DNA from: Paragordius varius | Taxonomy: Eukaryota > Animalia > Nematomorpha | Length of the DNA: 64,000 nucleotides | Direction: 5' to 3' | Assembly: GCA_964247055.1 (NCBI GenBank) | Contig: OZ176056.1 | Location: 8,308,001 to 8,372,000, forward strand | Shown: one piece after another, positions 52,842 to 64,000 of the stretch | Layout: the number at the start of each line of letters is the position of its first letter | Numbering within the stretch: the stretch's first letter is position 1 | The notes under the pieces: generated by a model | Told to the model about the DNA's origin: nothing | The model's database searches: none | Seen by the model: only the letters and a program-made list of their open reading frames with translations | Translations under genes and position numbers: made by a program

Positions 52842-55800
52842 ATGTTTGTGTTGGCTATAACCTATATTTATTGTGTAGTAGCGATCGGATTATCAAGTTT
52901 TAATAATTTTAGCTAAAATTTTATTTCATATTGTATAGCAGAAAACGACGGGTCAGGGGAAATAAACGGTATTTCACTTTGATATTTTTTTATAAAATAT
53001 TTTTTGTAAAAGATTAATATATAGGTTTATAGTAATTTTAAACATTACCCAGATAGCCAATTTCTTCATTGCTTCGCAGTGTACACATAAAATATCCTAA
53101 TATTATCTTTTATTCTAACCAAGATGCCTTTTGTATGATTCTTATGAACAGTTTTTTAAGTTATTATTCATGGTTTGCCCATGTTAAAAAATTACAAATT
53201 TGTGCCCATTTTTTAATATACTAACTTTTTTCACTAAAATCTCTATTAACAAATTTATAAAATAACACACGCCTTAAATTTTTTCGCTCCTCTAAAATTG
53301 GATAATATATTTTAAATTACGGCCAAAATAGTGTGTGGTGCGATAAAATTTTAATTCCATGCTGAAATTTGACATCAACCAAAATAGTTTAAAAAAAATG
53401 CCATATACTTTTTTAAAGTATAATTTTTAATTTTTGTAGACGCGTACTTACATTTTGCGCGGCTTTAAAAAATATGGTTTTAAAGGCCATATAAAAATAC
53501 TTTTTCTATATACAGTCATGTTTTATTTAATCAATAATTTATTTTCGTTCGTTAAATGGGTATAAATATTTGTTAAAGAATGGAAAAAACAAGAGCTTTA
53601 TGGTATTACAGTCATGTATCCATTATTTTATAAAAAATTTATTATTTTTTCGTTAAATGGGTATAAATATTTGGTAAAGAATGAGAAAAACAAGAGCTCT
53701 ATGGTATTAACAATATCATATTATCAAAAAGTATAAAAATTACCATAGAGCTCTTGTTTTTTTTTCAATCTTCAAATATTTATACCCATTTAACAAAAAA
53801 AAATAAATTTTTTAAATAAAGGATACATAACTGTGATGCAATTATACTTGACTTTTTTTATTGCTTCAGAATATTTTTTTGCTAAAAATTGTGTAAACGT
53901 TTGTAATTATGGCACAAATATGATTACGGATTTTTAAAAAATTTTGACATGATAAAAATTTTAGTATCATCAAATAATCCCAAATAATATACTGTTTTAC
54001 AACAACTTTATGTTAAAAATTGAATTTTAAAAAAAGTTTTTTTTTCAAAACTATTTTTAGTTGATATCAAAATTTAGTATGTAAATTAAATTTTTTATCA
54101 CGTAATCTTTTGCGTTTATTTTAAAAGAAAACATTTAAGGCGAAAAAATTTAGGATGTTGGCGCCCACATCTAATAAAATTTTTTTTTTAAAATATTGTT
54201 TGGCTTTTTTATCAGTTTATTATATGTATTTATAGTGATATTTTTGTTAAATACCAAAAACATTTATTTGTGTTGTGCCATATCGGCCAGTTTCCAAGTT
54301 ATAAAAGACATAATATTTTAGTAGGATTCGTTTATTTAAAGTTAGGAGCCAAAATCCATATAAAAACTCAAATGAGTTATTCAATTGATTTTATTTTATC
54401 TATAATTTTTAAAAAACGAAATCTATATTAATATACATTATTACTTGTTTGGAATAGAATAGAAGAGCATTGAGAATCACAAACAACTTTTTATACCCTA
54501 AGCTATTTACACCATTCCTAATTGAGTTTGACTTTATGTTATATCTGCTATCAAATAAAATGTTTCCTTGAGCAACAGTTTTAGCGAACCATCGAAATCA
54601 TATACAGTAAAAATTGAAATTATACGGACAAAACTTAAAAATATAAAAACTAATATTTTTTCTAAAAGACAACCATATTTTTTAAGTTTTGATTAAATTA
54701 AATTTAACTTATTGTTTTTGATTTCCAAAGTATAAAATAGAAATGTATATTGGTTATATAATCAATTATATATTTTAGGCTTGTTATTAAGTATATTACT
54801 AGGATTAATTTAGGCTTGAAAATATATTTGTCTTTTAGATTTGTTGTATAATTCTTGATAGAGCGACATTATATATCTATATATAAGCATTGACGCAATT
54901 CATATGAAAAACTAATTATGATAGATTTAATCATGGTTCAAGGTGTTTCCCGTATAAAAAAAGTGTTATTTAATTAACTCTTGAATATGATCTTATCTTT
55001 TGTCCAACCAGGCTTAACAGAACTGATGAATTTTGATTTTGAATGCGGCGCTTTAAACATGTAAAAATATTCGTGTACCATGATTAATACCCATTTAAAA
55101 TCTCATGCCTCTAAAATATAAACGCTAAAATTAATACTTGAAAATATGAAACGTATTATAGATAAATTTGTTAACTCGAGTTTATTGCTTTTCTTAAGCC
55201 TAAAATTTAACCAAACGCATTTTATAATTCGCCCTTGAATATAACTCCATCTATAAAAATGCGCCTCTTGATATACAATATAGTTTCAACAATAAGATAG
55301 GGAAATTTTGGTTTTATATAGTTATGTTTAATGCTTATCTTTATAATTATACAAACATAATGATTCTGTTTACATAAACTTATAAACTCCTACGATTAAG
55401 TTTTCATCAATACATAATATCGGATGCTCTTTTATTTATTACATTATTTCTTATATTATATTGTTTATGTTGGGTAGTTTTAACAACAAGGAAACAATGT
55501 TACGATTTTATGTTGGAAGAATGTTCCAGAATTCCACGTAAGATAGAAAATATAACGCATCAAGCTGAAACTCGCAGTCAGTTGGAAATAGTTTTAGGTA
55601 AAAATGAAAAGATATGTTTTATTATAAATATATATATATATTCTAAAATAAAAAAGTTAAATTGGTAAAATATTTTGCAATATAAAGAAAACCGGAACAA
55701 TGAAACAGTTAGAATGGTGGAGCAAATGTATGGAGCTGTTGATGCATACTTTGTCAACCAAATGACAAAGCTATATAAATCTTGTCAAATGTATTACAAT

Positions 55801-58800
55801 ACGCTCCCAAATAAAACGCAAGAACAGCTGTATTCAGAATTGAGATCTGCCATGCAACAGAAATTTCAAACGGGCTTATATACCAAAATAGTTAACAATA
55901 ATAGTACATATACTAGAGAAACAGTCTTGAGCTCCTTGAAAAATTTGTTGGTTAAATCTGATGTCCCTTTTCCCATGTTGTATAAGTTTGATTACGATGA
56001 AAGGTATTATGGTTGGTTTAATTTAACTGTTTTTATATATAAATGTATATGGGGAAAAATTATGAGGCAAATTTAAGAAATTATGTATATATAGTGAAAA
56101 ACTCTTCCTTTTTTCGTAACAGAATATGATTGCAAACCTCAAAATCACCCTTGAATCCTCCTGATCCTAAATTACAAATTATCCCTTAAAGATTTTATAT
56201 ACAACCATAGGAGTAAAATATTTTTGGAATTAAAAACTACTAGATATTTTTATATTTAAAACAAAACAAAAACTTTTCGTAAATTACATGAATATATAGA
56301 AGAAAAAATATGCTATAAAAAATATATACCATATCAAAAATAAGTTAGATATAATTTTTTTAGGGTTAATTAAAAATGATTAAAAGTAAATCGAGATACT
56401 TTGAGTGAATTTGAGGTGTTCAAGAATTTGAAATGGTATTTGGTTTCTAATATTTGCCCTACTCTTATTTAACGGGAGAAAATACTAATATTAGATCATT
56501 ATATTAAAAACAATACAATGTAATAACTTTTGATCGGAGTCTTTGAAATACGATTCTATTTTCCGATTATTGTAAATTTTGATATATTTGGGTGTTGACT
56601 GTAGCTAAGATCAGAATTTTTAGACGCTTTTTTTAGATTTTTCGGATTATAATCAGTATATAAAAATCGTCAAACTCACCATTGCAAGATTTTAAAGGGT
56701 CGCTAAAAATATTTATCTTACCCAAAAGCCCGCGCACGCATTTTTATATACCCAAAAATTTTAATACCTAATTGGCCATAAAAAAGCAGTTTTTGGAACC
56801 AAATGCGGGGTGTGGGTCGTTGTTAGAGTACCACCCTTGTAAAATCTATTTGGATACTACTGATTCTATATTAAAATTGATTTTATATAATAATATCCAT
56901 ATGATACATAGACGTCAAAAGCTTAACGTAACAGACATTTTATTGAGAATTGTGAGAGTTGATGAAAATTATCTGGGAAATGAAAAAATTATGTTTCTAA
57001 AAATGTACACTGATATTCTGGGGGGTAATCCAGCCCACAAAAGTGTCATGGGTCAAATGTTTGATGAATATTATAAACCTCAATACGTCTGCACCTATGG
57101 TTTTTTATCAAGAACGGTAAATTGCATTTCTTAACCACCTTAAAATAAATAGGTTTTTTCGAACAAAATATTAGCTACAACTGATTATTTTTGATGGTAA
57201 TTACCTAACAAAATATTGTAAATATAATATATTAAAGTTGTTTATATTTTGGTTAACCTAAAGTATTAAAACTCTAAAACGAAAAGGTTATATTATTAAA
57301 AGGGGCATGATGCAAGGATAATAATAGACAAATTTTGGCTTAGATATAGGGTTTCTATAGAAAAACTGAGTTTTGGTCTAATTAAAAATTATAATACACC
57401 ATTTACAATTCGGAATTAACTCTTAAACAAATAAAGTGCAGCCTAACGATTCAAATTCACCCCTAAAAAATATGTGTTTTTGAGCAAATATTACTCATTA
57501 TTAATGTCAAATAAATCGCTATGGCTCAGTTTATTGTATATTCACTTATATTTTAATTGCGAACAAAGTTTCCTTTTCATAAAATATATATAAAAATATA
57601 ATTAATTTTTAATCTTACAAAACCGTTAATTTATTGGGTGAATTTGAAGGGTTGAAGGTGAATTGGAATTGTTCGGGTGAATTCTAATAGTAAATGGTAT
57701 ATTAGTAGAATCAATCTTCTGTATTATAAAATCTAATTTATTATTAGAGTCCATATAACGAAACAACTATCGAACGGATACAGGAAATATTTCAAGTAAT
57801 AATATATACCTCTAAATATCAAAAATGTGTCTAGCAAATAATTTATAATTTATTTTGGATCAGAGCAATCTAAATTTTAAAATTATTATTAGAATTTAGC
57901 TAACAAAATTTTTATTTTTTTATTTTGTAAATAAAAGTTAAGAGATCAAACAAAAAATAATTTAAGGATAAAGTATTTCAAAGCCTTTGTTATTATGAAA
58001 CTATCATTTATTAGCTTACGACTAGAGCAAGAAAAAATTAAAATTATATTAACAACCTTGATTTTCCCTCATACTGTAAAATTACAATTTAAATTATATA
58101 ATTGAGTGTATTACCAATTATCATCTCAATTATTTTCCGTTTCGCAAATAGAAAAAAAACCTATTTAAAAAATAATGGCTGTTTTCAGAAAGAATTTTGT
58201 CCTGTAAAAATTATTTGTCTGTGCAATTTTTAAAAACACACATTCAATTTTTGTTATTCCGATCATACAAGATACGATCTATTAAAACGGAGTGCAAAAT
58301 TGCTTAATCTTATAATTATGCAGCATGTAATGTTAAGAATATTTTTTTCCATTTAACTAATATACTATTATATGTGAACATAGAGTAATATAGTTATATT
58401 TTCAAGCGTAGGTTTCCCTAAATTTTTTTCTTTTGAAAAAGGCGAACCAAGGTTGTCAACCCCTGTCTAAAGCATAATTTTCTTTTTTTTCTATAAAATT
58501 TTAATTAATTCCTAGGGTATTGATATTAGACAAATTATATGGGACAGAGGCGCTTATCTGGGACTTAACATGGAAAAAGATTCAATCAATTTTCAAGCAA
58601 TGAACATGACTTATACTGAGTTTTTGGGTCGATTTTTCCAGAAATATCTGGCAAACTCTACTATGATTGGGTAATTTTTTTACATAAATATTTTTCTGTT
58701 ACCTATATGTCAGCTTTCTTTGATTTAAACACGTTTTAAAACGAAATAGGCTAAAACAGGCGTTTGCACACAAATGGCTTCGCGGGCATAGATATTTAGG

Positions 58801-61800
58801 TTTTAAAATATGACCATAAGATGCAAACAGGCTATGTCATTTTTATAACATTCCACAAAATTTTTGAAAAATATTGATATCACTAAGATTTTTTAATATT
58901 TTTGCAAACGATTGATAACTAAATTTTTCGCGAGTCGCACAGAATGTCTTTAGAAATCTTAAAAAGTGCCATAAAAAAGTAGACTGTTGTTGTACTTAAA
59001 CTTAAGTAAAAAAAATTTAAAAAATGAAATTTTTAATGAAAAAAGTTATTAACAAAACAATATAATTAACAGAAATTTAACATACCTCTATCACCACCAT
59101 TGTGAGCTTTGATTAATAAATTATGTATGATAAGATACAGTTTTCACATTAATTAAGGCCTATTGACCTTTGTGAGTTAGGCAATTGGTATTACAGTAGC
59201 GTATGATTACAATAAATTTATTCATAGTTAAAAAACGATTTTTAAGTTGTGTTTAATTTTTACCAATTTGTTGTTTTGTTTTATTTTTAACCATATGCTA
59301 CAGTTTTTCCAATGTGGCGCCGCCATAATCTTTAATGACCAACTCAAATGTGCATACTAAACTTTTATTATTTTATAGACTTCCATTTTTTTATAAATTT
59401 TTTGTCTATAAAAACTTAGATTTTTGCATGATTTCTTATACACCCTGACAGCTAACAATATAGCTGTTGACCTGTTACCAGAATACACTAATCACCAACG
59501 AACTTTTGATCCTAGTTACAGATATTTCAGGAATCTGACGGTCAATAAAAAATGTATCCATATAATGACCTTAAATGATTTATTAATCAACATTAGACAT
59601 ATGCAATACCTTAACGCTACTTCACTACAAATGGTATATAACAGTTAAAACAAAAATATTGCGTTTTTTACAGTAAAAATTGAAATTATACGGACAAAAC
59701 GTAAAAATATAAAGACAAATATTTTTTTCAACCGTAATTTTCCTCTATTAGCTATTAAATTACGATTGTAAAATATAAAACTGATTGTGTTAGTAATGTA
59801 TTATCTTTATTTCACACTTTGCTAAATAATAAGTTATATTCAAAAACCAAGATTTAAAAAGTATGATTGTCTTTTAGTAAAAAATATATGTCTTTATATT
59901 TTTCATTGTATCTGTATAATCTCACTGTATTTATAAAATTATGTTTTACAGTAAAAAATAAAAGTATACAGAAATTTAAAACAAAAGACAAAAAGTTATT
60001 TTGCAAAAAAATATCATTTGGAATTCAAAATAGGTAATAGAAATGTTAGGTTGATACACACTTAATATATGATAAAATTGTATTTTAATAGTTTATATGG
60101 TAGAAACCAAGTTTTAAATAGTGTATTTGTCTCTGTAAAAAAACTTTGTCTTTTAGTGTTACATTTCTTTATAATTTCAGTTTATTTACCATTAATAATT
60201 GTTATATTACTAAATTTTATACTTGATATTACAGTTGAGGCATATTAGAGCGGAATTGATTGGAAACGGGAGTCTTGTAGGTTATAACCCTAAACTTGGA
60301 AGTCTAAGGGTATTTCAAATTTATTAAATATTTTTAAATTTTTAATCAATTATTAACTTATCCAATATTTTTATAGTACATAGATTTTTACGACTATCTG
60401 CTTAAACATGCACCGGTAAGAATAAACATTTTTAATATATTGTTCCATACAAATATTGGAATTTTATTATTATGTTTTCTAGCTGGAGTATACGGACAAT
60501 TTCCATCAAAATTTGTTGCAAATCGAATTTAGCGGAATTCACATTTTCGACTCCAATTATGTCAGGTATATTAGTTTTTAAGGCATAAATAGGGGGCAAA
60601 AACGTTCCTAGAACCGTTTTTGAGAGAATAGCAATAGCAACTATGAACCGGTAACATTGATCTGTGAGATTATTTGATCAGTAAATTAAGACATTTTTAA
60701 AACACGATGGAAAAAAATGGCAATATTAAGTAATTGCCTGTAAAATGTGCCTGAAAGTTTTTGAAAAATTGTTATGAACATTTATTTGCCTCTTTAGTAA
60801 AGATTTTGATAGGTTTATTAAAAAAATGGCAGAAATTGAGATAAGATTTTTTAAAATTTTTTGTATAATGCGCCCAAAGGGCTAAAGAAAGCATATTTTT
60901 AATATCGGTCTTAGAGAATTATAAATTGCTTTGTGTTGATATAAAACTATCTTAAAAAGTTATAGTGTGTCAATAGATTATTTTATGTTTGATAACGGTT
61001 ATAGATATCGGGGGCCACGGTTTTACCCAACGCTTTTAAACACCAAACTTGGGTAAGAATTTAATATAATATAAACTAAATCATAGGAATTACATACGTA
61101 CCGGAGTGGATGTATTTCAAAGAATGGGTGGGTATTTTCGAATTTTTTATTTCCAATTTTGGCTAAAATTGAAATGTTTTTGTTTAAATAAAACTTTTTT
61201 TTACTAAAAAATTAGATTTCTTTGAATGTCGTAACGATTCCATCCAAGATTTTTTTCGTGTGCTATTCAGTGCAACGTTCAATCGTATATATGAGGTAAA
61301 AAAATTAAAATAAAATTTCCGCATAAATGTTTTAAATTAGAAAATTTAAGTTTTATAGAAACTTGGAGTAAAATATACATTAAGCCAGGTCTATGAAAAA
61401 TATATGGAGTTTTATTGTTTTAATAACACTAGTCGACAAATTTGGACATTTTTAAGCACCACCACTAAAACTTTTTAAATTATGACTAATTTCAGTGTTT
61501 TAAAACCGAATTTGAAAAAAATTTTGATCCCGCCAATCAGAATTTTCAAATTTTATAGGTTTTTCAATTTTTCAAAAACAAGAGAAAATCGAGAGAAAAT
61601 AAAATATAACTTTATAATAAAATGTTATTATATTATAAACTTAATATCATTTAATAAAGCGTTTTAAACTCTATCTTTTGAATATAAATATGTCATTTAA
61701 ATATCAGAGAGAAAAAAATAGTACGGACTTAAACGTCAAAATTTAGTCTTTTTTTCAAGTGAATTTTTAACACATATAAAATTTTTTTAAAAAAATACTA

Positions 61801-63383
61801 AAAAAGGCATTCTATAGTTTAAACCTTCGGCTTTCAGATAGGCTAAATTTTCTTTGTTAGTTTTCGTTCTTTCGAGTACTTATTAGACTTTTTCTCTTGA
61901 GTTGGTTCTTATAAAAAATCCTTTATTTATACCTAGTGGTTATACCTTATTTTTTTTAAAATTATTGGTTGATTTGTATTTTGAATTTCAGATGGATGTT
62001 GTGTAGCCACTTTTAGTATAATTTACTGTTGTGGGGTTGGACCATTTGTATATACCTAATTTATATTCAATTTAATTGTAGAATTTATCTAATTTTATTC
62101 TGTAAATTGGTTAATTTGACATGTCAATTTGCCACGATTTTGCTTGCAAGTCTCTCTTATCGGACTTTACGATTACTTATTGTTATCTTTGCCATATCTG
62201 GCATAATTATAGGATCGCTTGGGGGATATGCAGAGCTTGTGCAGCCGCCCATATGTATCACACTATACATAAGCCCCTTTTAAATTTTTAACATTTTGGC
62301 TCTTAGCTTGTTTAGTATCTTATTTAATGCCTCGAATTTGTTATCCATGCATGGAATATCACTTGTATCGACTTGCTTGTTTGAATATTTAAACATATGT
62401 ACACGAGGAATGATTGTTATTTTTGAATTAAATGCAAATTTATAAAATAAATTTTGGAAAAATCCTATTGGTGGCCTCAATTTTCTTTTTTGTTTTGGCC
62501 TTTCCATGCCATTAGGTATCAGAAAATGCAAAAATAATGGGGTGGTGCAAAACCTTGTTGACCAGTGTAATGCAAATGCAAAAATGTAGATAATTGAGGG
62601 ATACAATAATTAACAATTAATATATTTCTTGATAATAATAAAGCTTCTTTTTGTAATTGCCATTCAAATTATCTTATTATATCAAATCTCATACAATTAT
62701 TAATTAAATAAATTTTATTTTATTATATATTAATAAGATATTCACATAAAGAAAGATAAAAATTATTTAACAACAAAAATTTTGAGCAAATTAACAACAA
62801 GCCTGAATCTTAGATCGTATATATTTAAATAATTTTTCATAAAAATTAAATAATTAGTGGCGCAGTATAAATATACTTATTAAAAGTAAAAACAGTAAGA
62901 ATTGTATACCAAAAAATAAAATTATAAAGACATGTATTTTTTCTAAAATACAACCATACTTTTTTATCTTTATTTTTTTTTAATGTAACACATTGTTTTA
63001 AACTCCAATTATAAAATAGATATATATATTAGTAATACAATCAATTACATATTTTACTATTGTTATTAAGTTTTTAATAGGTTAAATTAGGAATCGAAAA
63101 AGTATGGTTGTCTTTTGGAAAATTTTATATTTTTACGTTTTGTCTGTGCAAATTCTATTTTTACTGTATCATTAGTTAAATTATCCTGGTTCAAGTATTG
63201 ATCCAACCAGGGCCCACATTGGTATCCCCGATTTCGAAGATTATCTTAAGGTATATAATCAATTTTAAAATTTTATATAAATTTATTTTTTTAATATATA
63301 TATATATATTGAAAATAATTCATGTTTTGTAATTTTAGACGACATGCAGTGAAGGGAAAAACATACGTGCACGGAATTTGTAA
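52842..63383 (+). CDS. Secreted neprilysin(M13)-like pseudo-peptidase, copy 2, intact, 542 aa, 16 exons
   Basis: Exons: 52842-52896, 52939-52968, 55478-55597, 55688-56003, 56912-57116, 57748-57795, 58516-58670, 59420-59633, 60235-60309, 60377-60415, 60483-60565, 61005-61052, 61087-61127, 61216-61295, 63176-63250, 63339-63383 (1629 nt, no internal stop). Signal-peptide-like exon 1. M13-like motifs CYDFMLEEC (CxDFxxxxC), KLYKSC, PRFY..NY, QDFFRVLF, DP. No HExxH. The gene structure is well supported; the M13 call is by motif memory. Confidence 0.8.
53511..53834. mobile_element. MITE family D copy
   Basis: Same termini and internal AGAGCTCTATGGTA/TACCATAGAGCTCT inverted repeat as 6510-7058. Confidence 0.75.
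57395..57703. mobile_element. MITE family A copy (a more decayed one lies at about 56125-56440)
   Basis: CCATTTACA...GTAAATGGTATA ends and the family core sequence. Confidence 0.75.
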
Positions 63384-63620
63384 TTATATATACTGATGAT
63401 TAATATGTTTTTGTCTTGGTTATTATTCATTAGGAATAAAGGATAAAATCCATAAAAAATTATTACATTCATAGGTGTGTTTAAGGCAAAACTACGATAG
63501 GAAAATAATGAAAAAAACAAAGACTAAATCATTTTTTAATAAATTATTTTATAAATATTGAGATAGATATTAAATACAAATACTATTTAATTATAATAAC
63601 AGTTGTTAAAATCCGTAATA

Positions 63621-63934
63621 TATAATTTCATTTAATTCTATTTAATTTTAGGCTCACCCCTAGATAATTTTCAGTTTATTTTCAAATTTTCAGTTTAATT
63701 TTCATAAATTACATTAAATTTAATTTAAATTCGTATAACCAACTGCATTTATACCAAAATTACAAAGTTGGATATATATACGAAATCGATATGTGAAAAC
63801 CCCAAGTAGTCAAATAGTTGTGTCGTACTGATGAGTGCTAACAAGCACGAAACTAGTCTGCGATTACTATTGACGAAGGGTTTCACATATAGTTTATAAT
63901 TTCTATTTATAATTTCATTTAATTCTATTTAATT
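63621..63934 (+). mobile_element. Retrozyme / Penelope-pLTR-like 287-bp unit bounded by 27-bp direct repeats
   Basis: TATAATTTCATTTAATTCTATTTAATT occurs at 63621-63647 and 63908-63934 and encloses the hammerhead. Confidence 0.65.
63789..63890 (+). ncRNA. Type I hammerhead ribozyme with minimal stem III and long extended stem I
   Basis: CTGATGA (63828-34); stem II GTGCT-aaca-AGCAC (63835-48); GAAA (63849-52); C-ta-G-T-C with predicted cleavage after C63858. Stem I TCGTA/TGCGA is extended by GTCAAATAGT/ACTATTGAC and ATATGTGAAAACCCC/GGGTTTCACATAT. Confidence 0.92.
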
Positions 63935-64000
63935 ATCCTTTATCGTTATACGGATTTTAACAACTGTTATTACAAAACATAACCAATCCGTTAATTACCA

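Larger units (their letters stand above)
63594..63972. mobile_element. Small TIR element enclosing the hammerhead unit
   Basis: Perfect 24-bp inverted repeat TAATAACAGTTGTTAAAATCCGTA at 63594-63617 / 63949-63972. Confidence 0.6.

Noticed and set aside
56772-56911. Upstream part of the 120-aa ORF (MAIKKQFLEPNAGCG...)
   Set aside because: Not conserved in copy 1. The frame-compatible acceptor is at 56911/56912, so this part is intron read-through.
59379-59419. Conserved ACTTCCATTTTTTT block as a possible longer start of exon 8
   Set aside because: It is out of frame with FLHDFLY. Both copies use the downstream cttag acceptor.

Overview
This window is very AT-rich animal (invertebrate-like) genomic DNA with GT-AG introns. 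I reconstructed the spliced genes by hand. In order: a TspanC8-type tetraspanin (-, 8 exons) head-to-head with ERGIC1 (+, 9 exons); an intronless ELP3 (-) convergent with ERGIC1; a 143-aa orphan secreted-glycoprotein ORF (-) with an inverted, truncated paralogue; GOLGA7/Erf4 (-, 4 exons) head-to-head with an intronless Salvador (SAV1) homologue that lacks WW domains (+); candidate small secreted peptide exons (-); and a tandem pair of 16-exon secreted neprilysin(M13)-like genes without the HExxH motif (copy 1 has a stop and a frameshift, copy 2 is intact, 542 aa). Introns are either tiny (25-67 nt) or inflated by several MITE families. Near the right end is a complete type I hammerhead ribozyme with a minimal palindromic stem III. 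It sits in a 287-bp unit bounded by 27-bp direct repeats, which is itself enclosed by 24-bp inverted repeats (retrozyme/Penelope-like). Family assignments come from remembered motifs, not database searches. Most short ORFs in the supplied track are repeat-derived or antisense artefacts.
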